From a virus: 64,000 nucleotides of DNA. Shown one piece after another: positions 44,972 to 55,903 of the stretch. The stretch is taken from IMG/VR virus record IMGVR_UViG_3300008954_000025, positions 1 through 64,000 of that record. One strand, written 5' to 3'. The notes beneath the pieces were generated by a model, which searched no databases, had not been told where the DNA came from, and was given only the letters and a program-made list of their open reading frames with translations. Position 1 is the stretch's first letter. Every line of letters begins with the position of its first letter. The position numbers and the translations under genes were made by a program.

Positions 44972-47488
44972 ATGGCAGTCAAAAAAGTCGACGTCGAGCT
45001 CAACTACAAGACCAAGCTCGACCGCCAGTCCCTCGCGGAGCTTCAGCGCAACACGCGCTCCGTCACGAGCGCGATCGACCTGAACCAGCTGCGTCAGGTC
45101 GCCACGCTCCTCACAAACATAAAAGGGTCCGTCCTCGACATCAACAAGATCGCGGGCACGGCCACGCAAGCGATCAGCGGGCCGGTTCGGGCGTCGGTCT
45201 TCTCGCGCGGCGGGCGGCAGCAGACCAACTACTACATCCCGGGACGCCAAGGCGCCGCGTCGATTGGCGCCGCGATGCACCATCAGGCGGCCTATCTCGA
45301 CCAGCTCGCGGGCGGCAAGGCGACACCGCAGGCCATCGGCGAGGCGGCAGGCGTCCTCGAAGGACTCATCGGCCATCAGCGGCGCCAGGTCGCCGACGCA
45401 CAAGCACGTCAGCAGGCGCGGCACAGCCGCCTGCAGATGATCCCGCACCCAACGCTGTACGGCTCCGGAGGCATGACCATGTCGCCCGGTGCGATGGCTG
45501 GCGGCTCGGCGGCGACCCGCGCCGGCTTCGTTGGCCCGGGCTGGGGCTGGACGCGCGGGCTCGGCGGTTGGGGGGCAGGCCCAACGCGGCCTGCGGCGGC
45601 GGCCGCGGGTCCCCAGCTGCTGCTCGGTGCGGGCGCGGCTCCACTACAGCAGCTTGGTGGTGGGCGCGTCCCGCTACAGCTCGGCGCAGGTGCCGCGCGC
45701 GTCGGCTACCCGCCGCCGCCTGGTCCGCCGGCGGCGCCGCAGCTGCTGTTGCCTGCTGGGGGGTCAGGTCCGCTGCTGCTGGGGCCCGGCGGTGGTGGCC
45801 CAGCGTATTTGGGCGCAGGGCCGCGCGTTGGCTATCCAGGGGGAAGCCGCCCTCCACTGCAACTGCCCGCCTGGAGCTCGCACATATCGCCGCAGGGGAT
45901 GGGGCCGCAGACGCCGTACCACCTCGAGGTCGGCGCTACGCCGTGGCAAGGTCCCCTGACGCGCGAAGCGTCACGGGCGGCCACTGTCCAGTCGATGGGC
46001 ATCGGGTCCCAAGGCGGGAACCTGTACACCGCGTATCAGTACGCAGTCCGGCAGGGCGCGAGCCCGGCTGCGGCGGGTGCGGCGATGCGCAGCGGCGACG
46101 AGAGCGTCCTCCTCGCGCTCGCCGGCGGCGCCGGCGCGGGTGGCGGCCGCGGGGCCGGTCTTCGGCTGGCCGGCAAGGCCGCGCTGGTCGGCCACGCGTT
46201 CCGGCGGGCACCGCAAATGGTGGTCGGCGCTACGTGGGGCATGGGCTTCGGCGAGTCCGCCTTCGGCGTGCCTGGTGCCTTCCTCGGCGGCGCGCTCGGA
46301 CTCGCCATGGGTCCGCAGTTCCGCGCAGTCGGCCAGCGCATGATCAAGGCCGCGGCTGGGACCAACCAGTACCGCCTCGCGGCGCAGTCGCTTTACAGCG
46401 TGGCTGGTGAGCCCGGCGCGGCGTACGGCAGCAAGATTGGCGGCGGCCTCCGCAGCGCGGGTGTGGCGCTCGGTTTCGACCCGACGCAGACGGCGCAGAT
46501 CGCAGCGCGTACAGCGCGCAGCGCTGGCGGGTGGGCCGGTCCTGGGATGGACCAGAACGTCATGCTCGGCCTCTTCGGTGCGCGGATGGGCCTGTCCGCA
46601 GGCGCCGTCGGCAACCTCGGCTTCGCGGGGCGCCGCGGCGGGCTGGGCGGGCGCGGCGGTCGTATGTTCGCTGAGCACGCGTGGATGGGCGGTTTGGCGT
46701 CTGGCCTCGAGGGCAGCGAGCTGGTCGACCTGCTGGAGACGGCGGGAGCTGATGCCGGCGTGTTCCGGTCGACAGGTATCGGGACCAGCCTCGGCGGCTT
46801 CGCCGGCGCGACTGGGGCGAGTCGCAGCTTGGGCGTCGACACATTCCAGGGCTCGCGCATCGGGCACGGGATCCGCCAGTCCGGGCGCGCGCGGTCCCTC
46901 CGCGGGCCGCAGGGCTTCCTGGACATTCTGATGCTGCAACAGTTCGGCGGCCTCGGGCGCCTGGGCAGCGGCGTGTCGTTCAGCCGGCTCCGCGACGCGC
47001 GCAAGCGCATGGAGTCCGGCGCAGGCTTCACGGCGGGCAACATCGGCAGCTTCATCGACCGCCTGATCCAGATGGGCGGCGGCGGAGCTGGGGGCGAGTA
47101 CCTCGCGCAGCAGTCGCTGTTGGAGCTCGGCGTCCCCGTCGGTACAGGTCTCATGGAGGAGATCGGTCAGTACCGCTCGACGGGTCAGATGCCACAGGGC
47201 GTGGTCGACGCGTTCCGGAAGGGCGGAGGCAAGGCCGGCAAGTTCGCTGCGGGCGGCGGCCTGGCCGGGCAGCTCGAAGGCACGACCGACTCGCAACTCG
47301 GGCAGCTCGCCGCGGCGGCGGACCGCGTGCATGAGGCCGCGATGCAGCTCGAGGGTGGGCTCGTCGCCATGCAGAAGGCGCAGGCGCGTATTACCGAGAG
47401 CCTCGTGCACTACAATGGTGCCGTGGAACGCGCGGCCGCGGGACTGACGCGTGTCGGCGACATCGTCGAAGGGATCGGGCGTCCGTAG
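44972..47488 (+). CDS. Tape measure protein
   Basis: Long Gly/Ala-rich ORF after the chaperones. Confidence 0.75.
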   Translation: MAVKKVDVELNYKTKLDRQSLAELQRNTRSVTSAIDLNQLRQVATLLTNIKGSVLDINKIAGTATQAISGPVRASVFSRGGRQQTNYYIPGRQGAASIGAAMHHQAAYLDQLAGGKATPQAIGEAAGVLEGLIGHQRRQVADAQARQQARHSRLQMIPHPTLYGSGGMTMSPGAMAGGSAATRAGFVGPGWGWTRGLGGWGAGPTRPAAAAAGPQLLLGAGAAPLQQLGGGRVPLQLGAGAARVGYPPPPGPPAAPQLLLPAGGSGPLLLGPGGGGPAYLGAGPRVGYPGGSRPPLQLPAWSSHISPQGMGPQTPYHLEVGATPWQGPLTREASRAATVQSMGIGSQGGNLYTAYQYAVRQGASPAAAGAAMRSGDESVLLALAGGAGAGGGRGAGLRLAGKAALVGHAFRRAPQMVVGATWGMGFGESAFGVPGAFLGGALGLAMGPQFRAVGQRMIKAAAGTNQYRLAAQSLYSVAGEPGAAYGSKIGGGLRSAGVALGFDPTQTAQIAARTARSAGGWAGPGMDQNVMLGLFGARMGLSAGAVGNLGFAGRRGGLGGRGGRMFAEHAWMGGLASGLEGSELVDLLETAGADAGVFRSTGIGTSLGGFAGATGASRSLGVDTFQGSRIGHGIRQSGRARSLRGPQGFLDILMLQQFGGLGRLGSGVSFSRLRDARKRMESGAGFTAGNIGSFIDRLIQMGGGGAGGEYLAQQSLLELGVPVGTGLMEEIGQYRSTGQMPQGVVDAFRKGGGKAGKFAAGGGLAGQLEGTTDSQLGQLAAAADRVHEAAMQLEGGLVAMQKAQARITESLVHYNGAVERAAAGLTRVGDIVEGIGRP

Positions 47489-49252
47489 ATGCCAAAGCCG
47501 AGTCACAGCGCTGCAGGCAACCGCTCCGGCACGTTCCGCGGGTCGGAGACCAGCGGCGCGAAGGTGTCCGTTTACGGACACGCCGACGAGCCGGGAATGC
47601 CGCAGGCGCGGAAGCGCGCGATCCACTTCGACTCGCGGGCGCACGGCGTCAGCGACGATCGGTTCCGGCTGATCGCGGCCGAGACGCGCAAGAACATCGA
47701 CGGCAGCCCCGGCACGTTTACGTTCGCGGTGAAGTCGCGAGACCCGAACGTGGACCTGCGTGACATCATCGTCGACGACGACTGGGTCGACATCTCGTTC
47801 ACGCGGCACGACCGGAGCTTCCACGCCATGCGTGGTCTGGTCGATGTCGTGGCGCCGGCCACCTCGGCGTCGGGTACTGGCGCCACCGAAACGACCTACG
47901 TCGTGACCGGACGTGACTTCACCAAGATCTTCGAGCTGACGCCCGTGTGGTTCGACCGCATCACCGACGGCGACTACGCCGGCGCGGCGCTCACGCGGAT
48001 CATGGAGGAGACCGAGGGCGTCTTCGGGAACGTCAAGGAGGTCGTGTCGAACCTGCTGTTCGGCTTCCTCCACGAGCTGGACGAGCTGGGCCGCGCGACT
48101 TGGGTGCTCCCGCCTTCGCTGCCGTCCGGCCAAGGCACCGTCGAGGTCATCCAGTACGGCAAGCCGCGTTTGAAGAAGAGCCCGCCAGGCCCGAAGCCGT
48201 CGCCGTTCTCGCTGCAGGCGCCGCCGTCGCCGTCGATCACGCGCCCGCTCGTATCGATCCGAGGCGGCCGGAACTTCTTAGACGAGATCCAGTACTTCAC
48301 GGACCACTGGATGAACGACCCGCTGCGGTCGAGCTCGCTCAATCCGGTCTACTTCGATCCGCAGAACACGTACCTGTGGCCGATAGCGCAGCACTACTCG
48401 GACCCGGCCCTGTGCGAGCTGTGGTGCGACCTCGTATCGCGCGACTCACCAGACACAGTCGCGTACACGCACAACGATCAGGGCAGCACGCCCGACACGA
48501 CGGCGATGGCTGTGATCCTACGCGACAGGCCGTTCCTCACCGCTACGCGCCGCGAAGCCGCCGCGAACGTGAACGAGCCGGATCCCGACAAGCCGGAAGC
48601 GCTGTCGTCCGGGCCCTGGCTCAACCGCATCCCGCTGTACACGGTCGACCGCGGGGACTGCGTCGCCGTCCAGACCGCGCGCAGCGGCGCCGAGCGCCGG
48701 AACATGTTCATGGCCGCGCCCGCGATCTACCAGGAGAGCTTGAAGGCGTGGCCCGAGCTGCAGACGCCGCTCATCAGCGTGAAGGACGTGAGCCGCCACG
48801 GCGTGCGGCGCATGGACGTCATCACGAACTATGCGACGTCCTCGACGGACGTCGACCTCGACGGCTCGCCGCTCGGCCTCGCGCTCAACTACAGGGAGCG
48901 GATCCGCGACTTCCACTGCATGAACTACCTGTTCTACAGCGGGACCATACCGCTGGCGATCGGACGCCCGGACATTCGCGTCGGCGGCCGACTCCGGATC
49001 CGCGGTGACGACCCGGCGCGCGACGAGACGTACTACGTCGAAGAGGTCCGCAACGCCTGGCAGGCTCCGGAGAGCCTCACCCGCGCCGGCGGGCTGGCCA
49101 CGACGCTGGGCGTGACCCGAGGTTGGCGGGGCACCGATCAATCGCTGGTGCGGGCGTTCAACGTGATCCGTGACGAGTACAACGACGCTGCGATCCAGGA
49201 GGAGCTGCAGAAGCAGGCCGCCGCGATCAAAGCGCGCGAGGAGGACAAGTAG
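47489..49252 (+). CDS. Baseplate hub protein
   Basis: T.K......GTF.F, D.I..DDWV.I, M.GLVD, GRDF.K, P.L.EL, LR..PF, G.P.IRVG.RL, YYVE.V, T.LGVTRG. Confidence 0.8.
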   Translation: MPKPSHSAAGNRSGTFRGSETSGAKVSVYGHADEPGMPQARKRAIHFDSRAHGVSDDRFRLIAAETRKNIDGSPGTFTFAVKSRDPNVDLRDIIVDDDWVDISFTRHDRSFHAMRGLVDVVAPATSASGTGATETTYVVTGRDFTKIFELTPVWFDRITDGDYAGAALTRIMEETEGVFGNVKEVVSNLLFGFLHELDELGRATWVLPPSLPSGQGTVEVIQYGKPRLKKSPPGPKPSPFSLQAPPSPSITRPLVSIRGGRNFLDEIQYFTDHWMNDPLRSSSLNPVYFDPQNTYLWPIAQHYSDPALCELWCDLVSRDSPDTVAYTHNDQGSTPDTTAMAVILRDRPFLTATRREAAANVNEPDPDKPEALSSGPWLNRIPLYTVDRGDCVAVQTARSGAERRNMFMAAPAIYQESLKAWPELQTPLISVKDVSRHGVRRMDVITNYATSSTDVDLDGSPLGLALNYRERIRDFHCMNYLFYSGTIPLAIGRPDIRVGGRLRIRGDDPARDETYYVEEVRNAWQAPESLTRAGGLATTLGVTRGWRGTDQSLVRAFNVIRDEYNDAAIQEELQKQAAAIKAREEDK

Positions 49253-50493
49253 TGCCGCGGATCGGTGCGCAACCTCGCCTGCAAGCCGGCACGCAACGTC
49301 CGGGAGGCATCCCGCTGGTGCGCTCCGCGCGCGGCGTGATGATGCGCGGCGTCGTCGTGCGCACGTACTCGTTCAATGCGGACGAGCGCTATGCGTGCAT
49401 GGACCGGCGCTCGACGCCCGCGGCGCAGTACGCCGACGTGCTCTGCTACACGAGCATGCGCGGCGGCCGCTATCACTACCTGCCGCGTTGCCTGATCAGC
49501 CGCGAGTACAGCGGCGCGCACGACGGCGACATCTCCACGCCGCGGCCGAATCGGCACGGCTTCGGGCAGACTCCTGACGTCAACACGAAGACCAGCCCGG
49601 CGATGATGGACGGCGACCACGTGCTCGTCGGCTTCATCGACGACCGCTGCGAACAGGGCGTGATCCTCCGACACATCCCGCACCCTCGAGCGGACACCGG
49701 CAAGGCGCCCGACGCCGCCAGCGGCGACCGTCTCCGCATCATCGGCGACGGCGTCACTGACGACGGCACGCCACGCGCGATCAAGCACCAGGGTGTGGTG
49801 GTCGGCGTGACGGCCAACGGCGGCTGGCTGCTCGACCTGCGCCGGGCGCACCTCGGCTTCGGCGGCGGTGGCACGGCCAACACCGGCGGCGGCTACGACG
49901 CAAACACGGGTGACGAGGTCGCGAGCACGCAGATCGACACGCAGACGAACTACGCATCGGCAGGCAACGTCCGTGTCCGGCTGCCCGACGACGCAGTGTT
50001 CTCGGTCGACTACGGCGACGGCTCGGTCGAGCGCATCAGTCTGCTTCACCATGCAGCGGGGCAGTCGACGATGGCGCTCATGGCCGACTACGTCCGCATC
50101 GGCTCGCCGGCGGCCGCCGTGGTCAGCCCCGAGGACGCTGCGGTGCGCGGTACGGCATGGGGCGACGCCCGGAACACGCTGTACCGCGACGTTGACACTC
50201 GGCTCGGTCACATCTCGACGGCTGCGGACGTGCTGAAGACGGCGGCGGGCAACTTCGCAGGCAGCAGCGTCTCGGCCAGCCAGGGCAGTTCAACTGTTCA
50301 GGTCGTGCCGGCTACGGCGAGCGCCGCGCTCGGGGGCGCGCTCGAGGCATTCCTCATAGTGCTGAAGGGGCAACTCGAAGCCATCAAGCTGTCAATCGAC
50401 TCGTTCGAGCGCCCCACGACTGGCGCGGACCAGTCAGCCGAGGAGGCCAACGCCTACTTGTCGAACCACGTATACTTCGTGGAGGAGGCGTAG
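49252..50493 (+). CDS. Baseplate central spike (gpV/gp5-like OB fold)
   Basis: GVVV, DGD.VLVGFIDD....VI...IPHP; position after hub. Confidence 0.7.
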   Translation: MPRIGAQPRLQAGTQRPGGIPLVRSARGVMMRGVVVRTYSFNADERYACMDRRSTPAAQYADVLCYTSMRGGRYHYLPRCLISREYSGAHDGDISTPRPNRHGFGQTPDVNTKTSPAMMDGDHVLVGFIDDRCEQGVILRHIPHPRADTGKAPDAASGDRLRIIGDGVTDDGTPRAIKHQGVVVGVTANGGWLLDLRRAHLGFGGGGTANTGGGYDANTGDEVASTQIDTQTNYASAGNVRVRLPDDAVFSVDYGDGSVERISLLHHAAGQSTMALMADYVRIGSPAAAVVSPEDAAVRGTAWGDARNTLYRDVDTRLGHISTAADVLKTAAGNFAGSSVSASQGSSTVQVVPATASAALGGALEAFLIVLKGQLEAIKLSIDSFERPTTGADQSAEEANAYLSNHVYFVEEA

Positions 50494-52388
50494 TGATTCA
50501 GCTCATCCCCACCACTGCGGCCGACGTCGAGCAGCAAGCCAAGCAGCAGGCTGATGAGAAGTATTGGAAGAAGTTCCTGTACTTCTTCGAGCTGCGCATC
50601 GCTTCGCCGGCGTTCGATGGAGACGGCGTCGGGCCCCAGTTCGCCATGATGCCGCTGATCCTCGCGCCGCAGCGCATGACGATGGGCGAGCCGTTCGCAG
50701 TGAAGGCCACACCGACGCTCGGCGGCGGCCTGTACGTGGAGGAGTCCGGGATTCTCGCGAGGCCCATGCAGATCGCGGGCACGACCGGCTTCGCGCCGCG
50801 TCTGCTCGACCGCGTCCCGGTGTCGTCGAAGCGCGTGCGCGATGAGCTCCGATCGTACGTGGATCGGACGGTCGAGGTGGACGACTCCGTCACGCGCCTG
50901 TCGGGGCAGAAGCAGCTGCAGATGCTCCAGGACCGCATCTTTCGGCTCTACGCCGACCTGAAACGGAACCCGGAGACGTCGGCCGGCACCGAGCTGATCT
51001 GGCACAACATCAAGGACGACGAGCACTGGCGCGTCATCCCGCAGAGCTTCGAGCTGCGCCGCGCGTCGCGCCGCAGCACGATGTACTTCTACAACATCCA
51101 GATGCTCGCGGTGGAGCCTGCGGCGCAGCGCTCTCGGATCGTCTCCGAGGACCACGACCTCTTCGATGAGATCGGCGACCCGGCGCGGTCCATCCGCGAG
51201 GGCATCGACCTCGTGAGCGGGACGCTGGACAACGTGGGTGGCCTGGGACGAGACACGGACGACTCCATCCGGAGTTACGTCAGCTCGGTCCGCTCGGTCA
51301 CCCAGATCGCCGCCTCGGCGAACAACGTCGCGGCGGCCTCGGCCGACTTCGTGAACGGCCGGACTACCGAGATTCGAGGCGTCACGTCCGACGGGCTCCT
51401 GCAGTTGCTCGCCGACACCGAGAACCTCCTGGACGCCATGGACTCCTCGCTGGTCGCCGTAGGCACGCTGCCGGCCTCTGTGCGCGCCGACTGGACCGAC
51501 TTGGAGCGCGGGCTTCAGCGCATCGCTGCCTGGCCAGACCGGCTCCAGACGGCCCTACAGGCCCGCGTGACCGCGCTGGACGACGGCTCCGAGACCACCG
51601 AGGCCGAATCCGCCGCCGTGACCGCCCAGGTGACGTTCAGAGGCGTTCGGGCGGCCGGGACGCGGCCGAGGCTGGGTGACGCCCGAAAGCGCCGAGCGGC
51701 CCGTCTGGAGACACGCAGGCGCGCGCTCGAGGTCGCCGGCCTGACGGAGCGCACGGTCGGACAGGGGCAGACCATTCACGACATCGCCGCCGAGTACTTG
51801 GACGACGCGTCGCGGTACCGGGAGATCGCGGCGATCAATGACCTGCGGGCACCCTACATCCACCCGGCGGGGCTCCCGGGCACCCTACGACCGGGCGATC
51901 AGATCCTCATCCCGAGTCGGGCGTCTCGGCAGACGGCGCGGACGCTGCCGGTCGTCCGGGGCACCGACCTCCTCGCGCCCGAGACGCACCGCCTGTTCGG
52001 CGTGGACTGGCGCCTCGAACCGTCCTCGGACGGGAGCGGATTGTACGATATGGTGCTCGATGAGGCGAACAACGCAGGTAAGGACGTGAAGCGCGTCGCG
52101 GGGATCCCTAACCTGGAGCAGGCTGTAGGCACCCGTCTCCGTACGAACAAAGGGGACAGCGCGATGTACCGAGAGCTGGGGACCAATGTGGTGGTGGGCA
52201 TGGGCAACACAGTCGTGGACACGGAGACGGCGCGGCTGCACATGACCTCCGCGGTGCAGGACGACCCGCGCATCGTGACCGTGTCGGGGGTCCAGCTCGC
52301 GCCGAGGGGGCCGGACAGCATCGACGTCGAGTTCAACGCTTCGGTGTACGGCCTGTCCGACCGGGTGAACATCACGTCGCGGACGTAG
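50493..52388 (+). CDS. Baseplate protein fusing tube-initiator-like, LysM and gp25-like domains
   Basis: N-terminal P.......P.....T.GG..VE.......I.GTTG and F.LRR......Y.YNI; LysM TV.QG.TI.DIA..YL....Y.EIA..N.L; C-terminal G..NL.QA...RL.T.KG, DPRI..V. Confidence 0.8.
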   Translation: MIQLIPTTAADVEQQAKQQADEKYWKKFLYFFELRIASPAFDGDGVGPQFAMMPLILAPQRMTMGEPFAVKATPTLGGGLYVEESGILARPMQIAGTTGFAPRLLDRVPVSSKRVRDELRSYVDRTVEVDDSVTRLSGQKQLQMLQDRIFRLYADLKRNPETSAGTELIWHNIKDDEHWRVIPQSFELRRASRRSTMYFYNIQMLAVEPAAQRSRIVSEDHDLFDEIGDPARSIREGIDLVSGTLDNVGGLGRDTDDSIRSYVSSVRSVTQIAASANNVAAASADFVNGRTTEIRGVTSDGLLQLLADTENLLDAMDSSLVAVGTLPASVRADWTDLERGLQRIAAWPDRLQTALQARVTALDDGSETTEAESAAVTAQVTFRGVRAAGTRPRLGDARKRRAARLETRRRALEVAGLTERTVGQGQTIHDIAAEYLDDASRYREIAAINDLRAPYIHPAGLPGTLRPGDQILIPSRASRQTARTLPVVRGTDLLAPETHRLFGVDWRLEPSSDGSGLYDMVLDEANNAGKDVKRVAGIPNLEQAVGTRLRTNKGDSAMYRELGTNVVVGMGNTVVDTETARLHMTSAVQDDPRIVTVSGVQLAPRGPDSIDVEFNASVYGLSDRVNITSRT

Positions 52389-52398
52389 AGGACAGCCA

Positions 52399-54084
52399 AT
52401 GCCCAAGCTGCAGATCAAGACCAAGCAGGAAGTCCAGCGGGACATCATCAACGCGGTCGTGGCGCGCACGTCGCTGTCCGACGTCACTGACAGCTCCACC
52501 CTCAAGCACTTCATCACGGCGCTCTCGACCGAGATCGCCGAGGTCTACTACCAGTTCACCCGACTCGCGGAGCTTTTCGACTTCCGCAAGGCGGCGGGCC
52601 TCGACCTCGACGAGCGCGCCAAGGAGATCCTCGGCGGGACCATCGAGCGGTTCGAGGCGCGCCGCGCCGTCGGGCAGCTCGAGTTCACACGTGCTGTCGC
52701 GACCGCTGCGCCGGTCACCATCCCGGCTGGGACGATCGTCGAGACGGCCGACGGCACCGCCGTCGAGACGACCGAGGACGCCCCCATCGCCGCGGCCGCG
52801 ACCAGCTCGGCGCCCTTCGCCGACGCCCGCGCCGTCGAGGTCGGTGTGGACGGGAACATCGGCGTCGCCACGGCCGTCGTCTTCCGGACGAAGCCGATCG
52901 GCGTCGACTCGGTCAGCAACCCGTCCAGCTTTGGGCAGGGTCGCGACCGCGAGTCGGACGACGCCTACCGTGCGCGCATCCTGGACCTCATCGCGACGCT
53001 CCCACGCTGCACACCAGAGGCGCTCGCGTTCATCGTCCTCGGCGTCGAGGACCCGGCAGGCAGTGGCAAGACGATCGTCTTTTCGCACACGTTCGAGAAC
53101 GCCAACGCGCCCGGCACGGCCATCGTGTACGTCGACGACGGCACGGGGAACGTGGCCGACTACGCGCGCCGACGGAGCGCCGCGGTGGTCGCCGCGCCCG
53201 GGGTCGACTCGCTGAGCGTGCTCACCGGAACCACGCAGACGCTGACGTCGGCCGGCGCGTTCCCGACCGACGCGACCGAGCGGGCCGAGATCGTCGGTGG
53301 CTACATCGCGATCACCAACGCGGCCAACGCAGGCAACGAGGGCCTGTTCCCGATCCTGTCGGTCCCGGACGCCAACACGATCACGTACACGAACGCCGAC
53401 GGCGTGGTCGAGGGTGCGGGCGCGCTCTTCGTTGCGGGCGAGCCGCTGACGCTCGGCTTGAACGGCCCGCCGACGGACAGCGCCGTGGGCGGCGAGGAGT
53501 TCCTCGACCACAACAACTTCCCGATGGTCACCGGAACGGACCTGCTCTACCTCGTCCGGGGCGACACGATCACGCTGCTGACGCCGGACACGGCCGCAGG
53601 TAACGACTACGACCTGCGCCAGTCGAACGGCCGCATCTTCTTCTCGGGCACGGCGGGTCCGCTGCAGACTGGTGACCGGATCGTCTCTGGGTACCAGTAC
53701 TACACCGGCGTCATCGCCGAGGCGCAGAAGGTCGTCGACGGCGACATCGACGACCGGCTGAACTACCCCGGCTGGCGCGCTGCTGGAGTCGACGTTCGGG
53801 TCCTGCCGCCGACGGTGCGGCAGCGCGCGGTCACGGCGCGGTTGACCGTCCTCGAGGGCTTCGAGCGGACGACTGTCGTGTCCGACGCGGAGACCGCGGT
53901 CAGCGACTACATCAACAACCTGGGCATCAGCGGCGACGTCATCTACCACGAGCTCGTGGAGCGGGTGATGGGCGTCGACGGCGTGTACGACATCACGCTG
54001 CTGCTCGATGGCGCGGAGTCGAACGTGACCATCGACGATCACGAGATCGCGCGCATCACCGCGCTGAACATCGACGTGGCGTAG
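52399..54084 (+). CDS. Baseplate J-like wedge protein
   Basis: A.G.DLD, A.G...F, IPAGT.V, G..GN, G.D.ESD..YR.R, VYVDDG, G.RAAGV.V.V, YIN.L.I. Confidence 0.9.
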   Translation: MPKLQIKTKQEVQRDIINAVVARTSLSDVTDSSTLKHFITALSTEIAEVYYQFTRLAELFDFRKAAGLDLDERAKEILGGTIERFEARRAVGQLEFTRAVATAAPVTIPAGTIVETADGTAVETTEDAPIAAAATSSAPFADARAVEVGVDGNIGVATAVVFRTKPIGVDSVSNPSSFGQGRDRESDDAYRARILDLIATLPRCTPEALAFIVLGVEDPAGSGKTIVFSHTFENANAPGTAIVYVDDGTGNVADYARRRSAAVVAAPGVDSLSVLTGTTQTLTSAGAFPTDATERAEIVGGYIAITNAANAGNEGLFPILSVPDANTITYTNADGVVEGAGALFVAGEPLTLGLNGPPTDSAVGGEEFLDHNNFPMVTGTDLLYLVRGDTITLLTPDTAAGNDYDLRQSNGRIFFSGTAGPLQTGDRIVSGYQYYTGVIAEAQKVVDGDIDDRLNYPGWRAAGVDVRVLPPTVRQRAVTARLTVLEGFERTTVVSDAETAVSDYINNLGISGDVIYHELVERVMGVDGVYDITLLLDGAESNVTIDDHEIARITALNIDVA

Positions 54085-54094
54085 GAGACGCAGC

Positions 54095-55903
54095 GTGCCC
54101 GTCATCAACCAGCAGACGCTCACATCGCACGCCACCTTCACCGCGGCGATCGCAGGCATCCCCGCTGGTGCGTGGCCGGCTGGTGGCTACGAGCTGCGCG
54201 CCGACGACGACGGCCCGTACGTGGAGACGATCACCGTCAGCCCCGCGACGGTGACGATCGCGGACAAGGGCAACGAGGAGCTGACGCTGTCCGGGCGCCT
54301 CGACGGCGGGGGCCTCGTCCCGACGACCGTCGTGGACGCCGACCCGGCACCCGCTGGTGGCGACGGCGTGTACGTGTGGGGCGTCAACGACGTCACGATC
54401 AAGGAGCTCGTCTTCATCGACGTGCACACGTCGAACGCGTTCACGAACGCGGCCGTCCGCATCGGTGAGCGCGGTGGCGGAACGAACCTGCCAGCGCACC
54501 GCATCACCATCGACAGCTGCCTCCTGGGACAGATCACCGTCCCGGCCGCCAACGCGGGCGTGTACATCGAGGGACTCGGCGCTGCGTGCGATGACATTCA
54601 GATTCTCGGCGGCGACCCCTCCGTCGACGTGGTGCCGCGGACGCAGATCCGGGGGACGCGGAGCTGGTGCGTCTACGCACAGAACGTCACGCAGCTGACG
54701 ATCGACTACGCGCTGTTCCTGCAACACACGGGCGCGCTCAGCTCGGGTGCAGCCATTCAGCTCATCAACACCGACGACGTCTTCATGCACCGGACGTTTC
54801 ACCGGCTGCACGAGACGGCAGCCCTGTACGTCGGGGCGTCGGACCGCGTGCGCGTGGTCAACTCGCAGTTCCAGGAGTGCAACGACACCGACGTCAACAA
54901 CGAGTACATCGAGCTGGACAACGTCGACGGGTTCGCGTCCTGGAACAACACGTTCGCGCACCTCGACGGCACCGACCCGATCCGTGCCTTCACGTACGTC
55001 CACAACTCGACGGCCGGCAGCGTCATCCACTTCGAGGGCAACATCTTCTACCTCGCCGGTACTGGCGCGACGCACGATGTCTACCGGCTCGGCGCCGTGG
55101 TGGACCTCAGTGCGCTGCAGACCGGCGACTCGAGCAGCAACTGCTTCCACCTCGTCGACGCAGGCGAGGCTGCACCGAACACGCCAGGCATCGCCCGCGT
55201 CGATGCGACGGCGACAGACTACGAGACGCTGACGGCCTGGCGGGCCGGCGCGTCGTTGGACCCCTCCGGCTCGATCGGCGCCGTGCGGTCAGTCGACGCC
55301 GACCCGGTGTTCCAGGACGCCACGCCCGGCAGCGGGGCGGACCTGCGCATCGGCACTACCAGCGGCGCCATCGGCATCGCGGCCAAGACGTGGACCGCGG
55401 CGTTCGGCGAGGCGGCCGTCACGCAGCCGATGACCGCCGACTTCTTCGGCAACGCGCGCTCCGAGGCGCTCAACGATGCCGGGTACCACGAGGTGATCAC
55501 GACCTCGACGTCGGTCACGCCGACCACCGTCGAGAAGAACGGCGGGTACCGGATCGCAGTGACGGGGCTGTCGATCCCGGACGGCAGCTATCGCTTCCAC
55601 CTCGGGCCGCTCGGCACCACCGCTGACCCGATCTGCTACGCCGGTAGCTACGGCAGCGTGAACGACGTCGTCGTCGCTGACGGTTCGGGCGTCTTCGTGT
55701 CGCCGCCGCTAGCCTCCGGCGGCCCGTACAACGTCTTCGTCGCCGGGTTCGACGCGACCTCCGGCAGCACCGAGCTCGTGTCTGGTGCCGTGTCGTACGT
55801 GCACAAAAACCACCGCAGCAGTTTGTACGCGCTGCGCTCTCTGCTACTGCCGTGGTGGAAGACCGGACCGCGCCAGGTCGCGAAGGAGCCGCTGCAGACA
55901 TGA
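54095..55903 (+). CDS. Beta-helix tail fibre/spike-type protein
   Basis: Beta-helix-like repeats, NNTF, GNIF, S..ADP.F, DF.GN.R....DAG..E. Confidence 0.7.
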   Translation: MPVINQQTLTSHATFTAAIAGIPAGAWPAGGYELRADDDGPYVETITVSPATVTIADKGNEELTLSGRLDGGGLVPTTVVDADPAPAGGDGVYVWGVNDVTIKELVFIDVHTSNAFTNAAVRIGERGGGTNLPAHRITIDSCLLGQITVPAANAGVYIEGLGAACDDIQILGGDPSVDVVPRTQIRGTRSWCVYAQNVTQLTIDYALFLQHTGALSSGAAIQLINTDDVFMHRTFHRLHETAALYVGASDRVRVVNSQFQECNDTDVNNEYIELDNVDGFASWNNTFAHLDGTDPIRAFTYVHNSTAGSVIHFEGNIFYLAGTGATHDVYRLGAVVDLSALQTGDSSSNCFHLVDAGEAAPNTPGIARVDATATDYETLTAWRAGASLDPSGSIGAVRSVDADPVFQDATPGSGADLRIGTTSGAIGIAAKTWTAAFGEAAVTQPMTADFFGNARSEALNDAGYHEVITTSTSVTPTTVEKNGGYRIAVTGLSIPDGSYRFHLGPLGTTADPICYAGSYGSVNDVVVADGSGVFVSPPLASGGPYNVFVAGFDATSGSTELVSGAVSYVHKNHRSSLYALRSLLLPWWKTGPRQVAKEPLQT

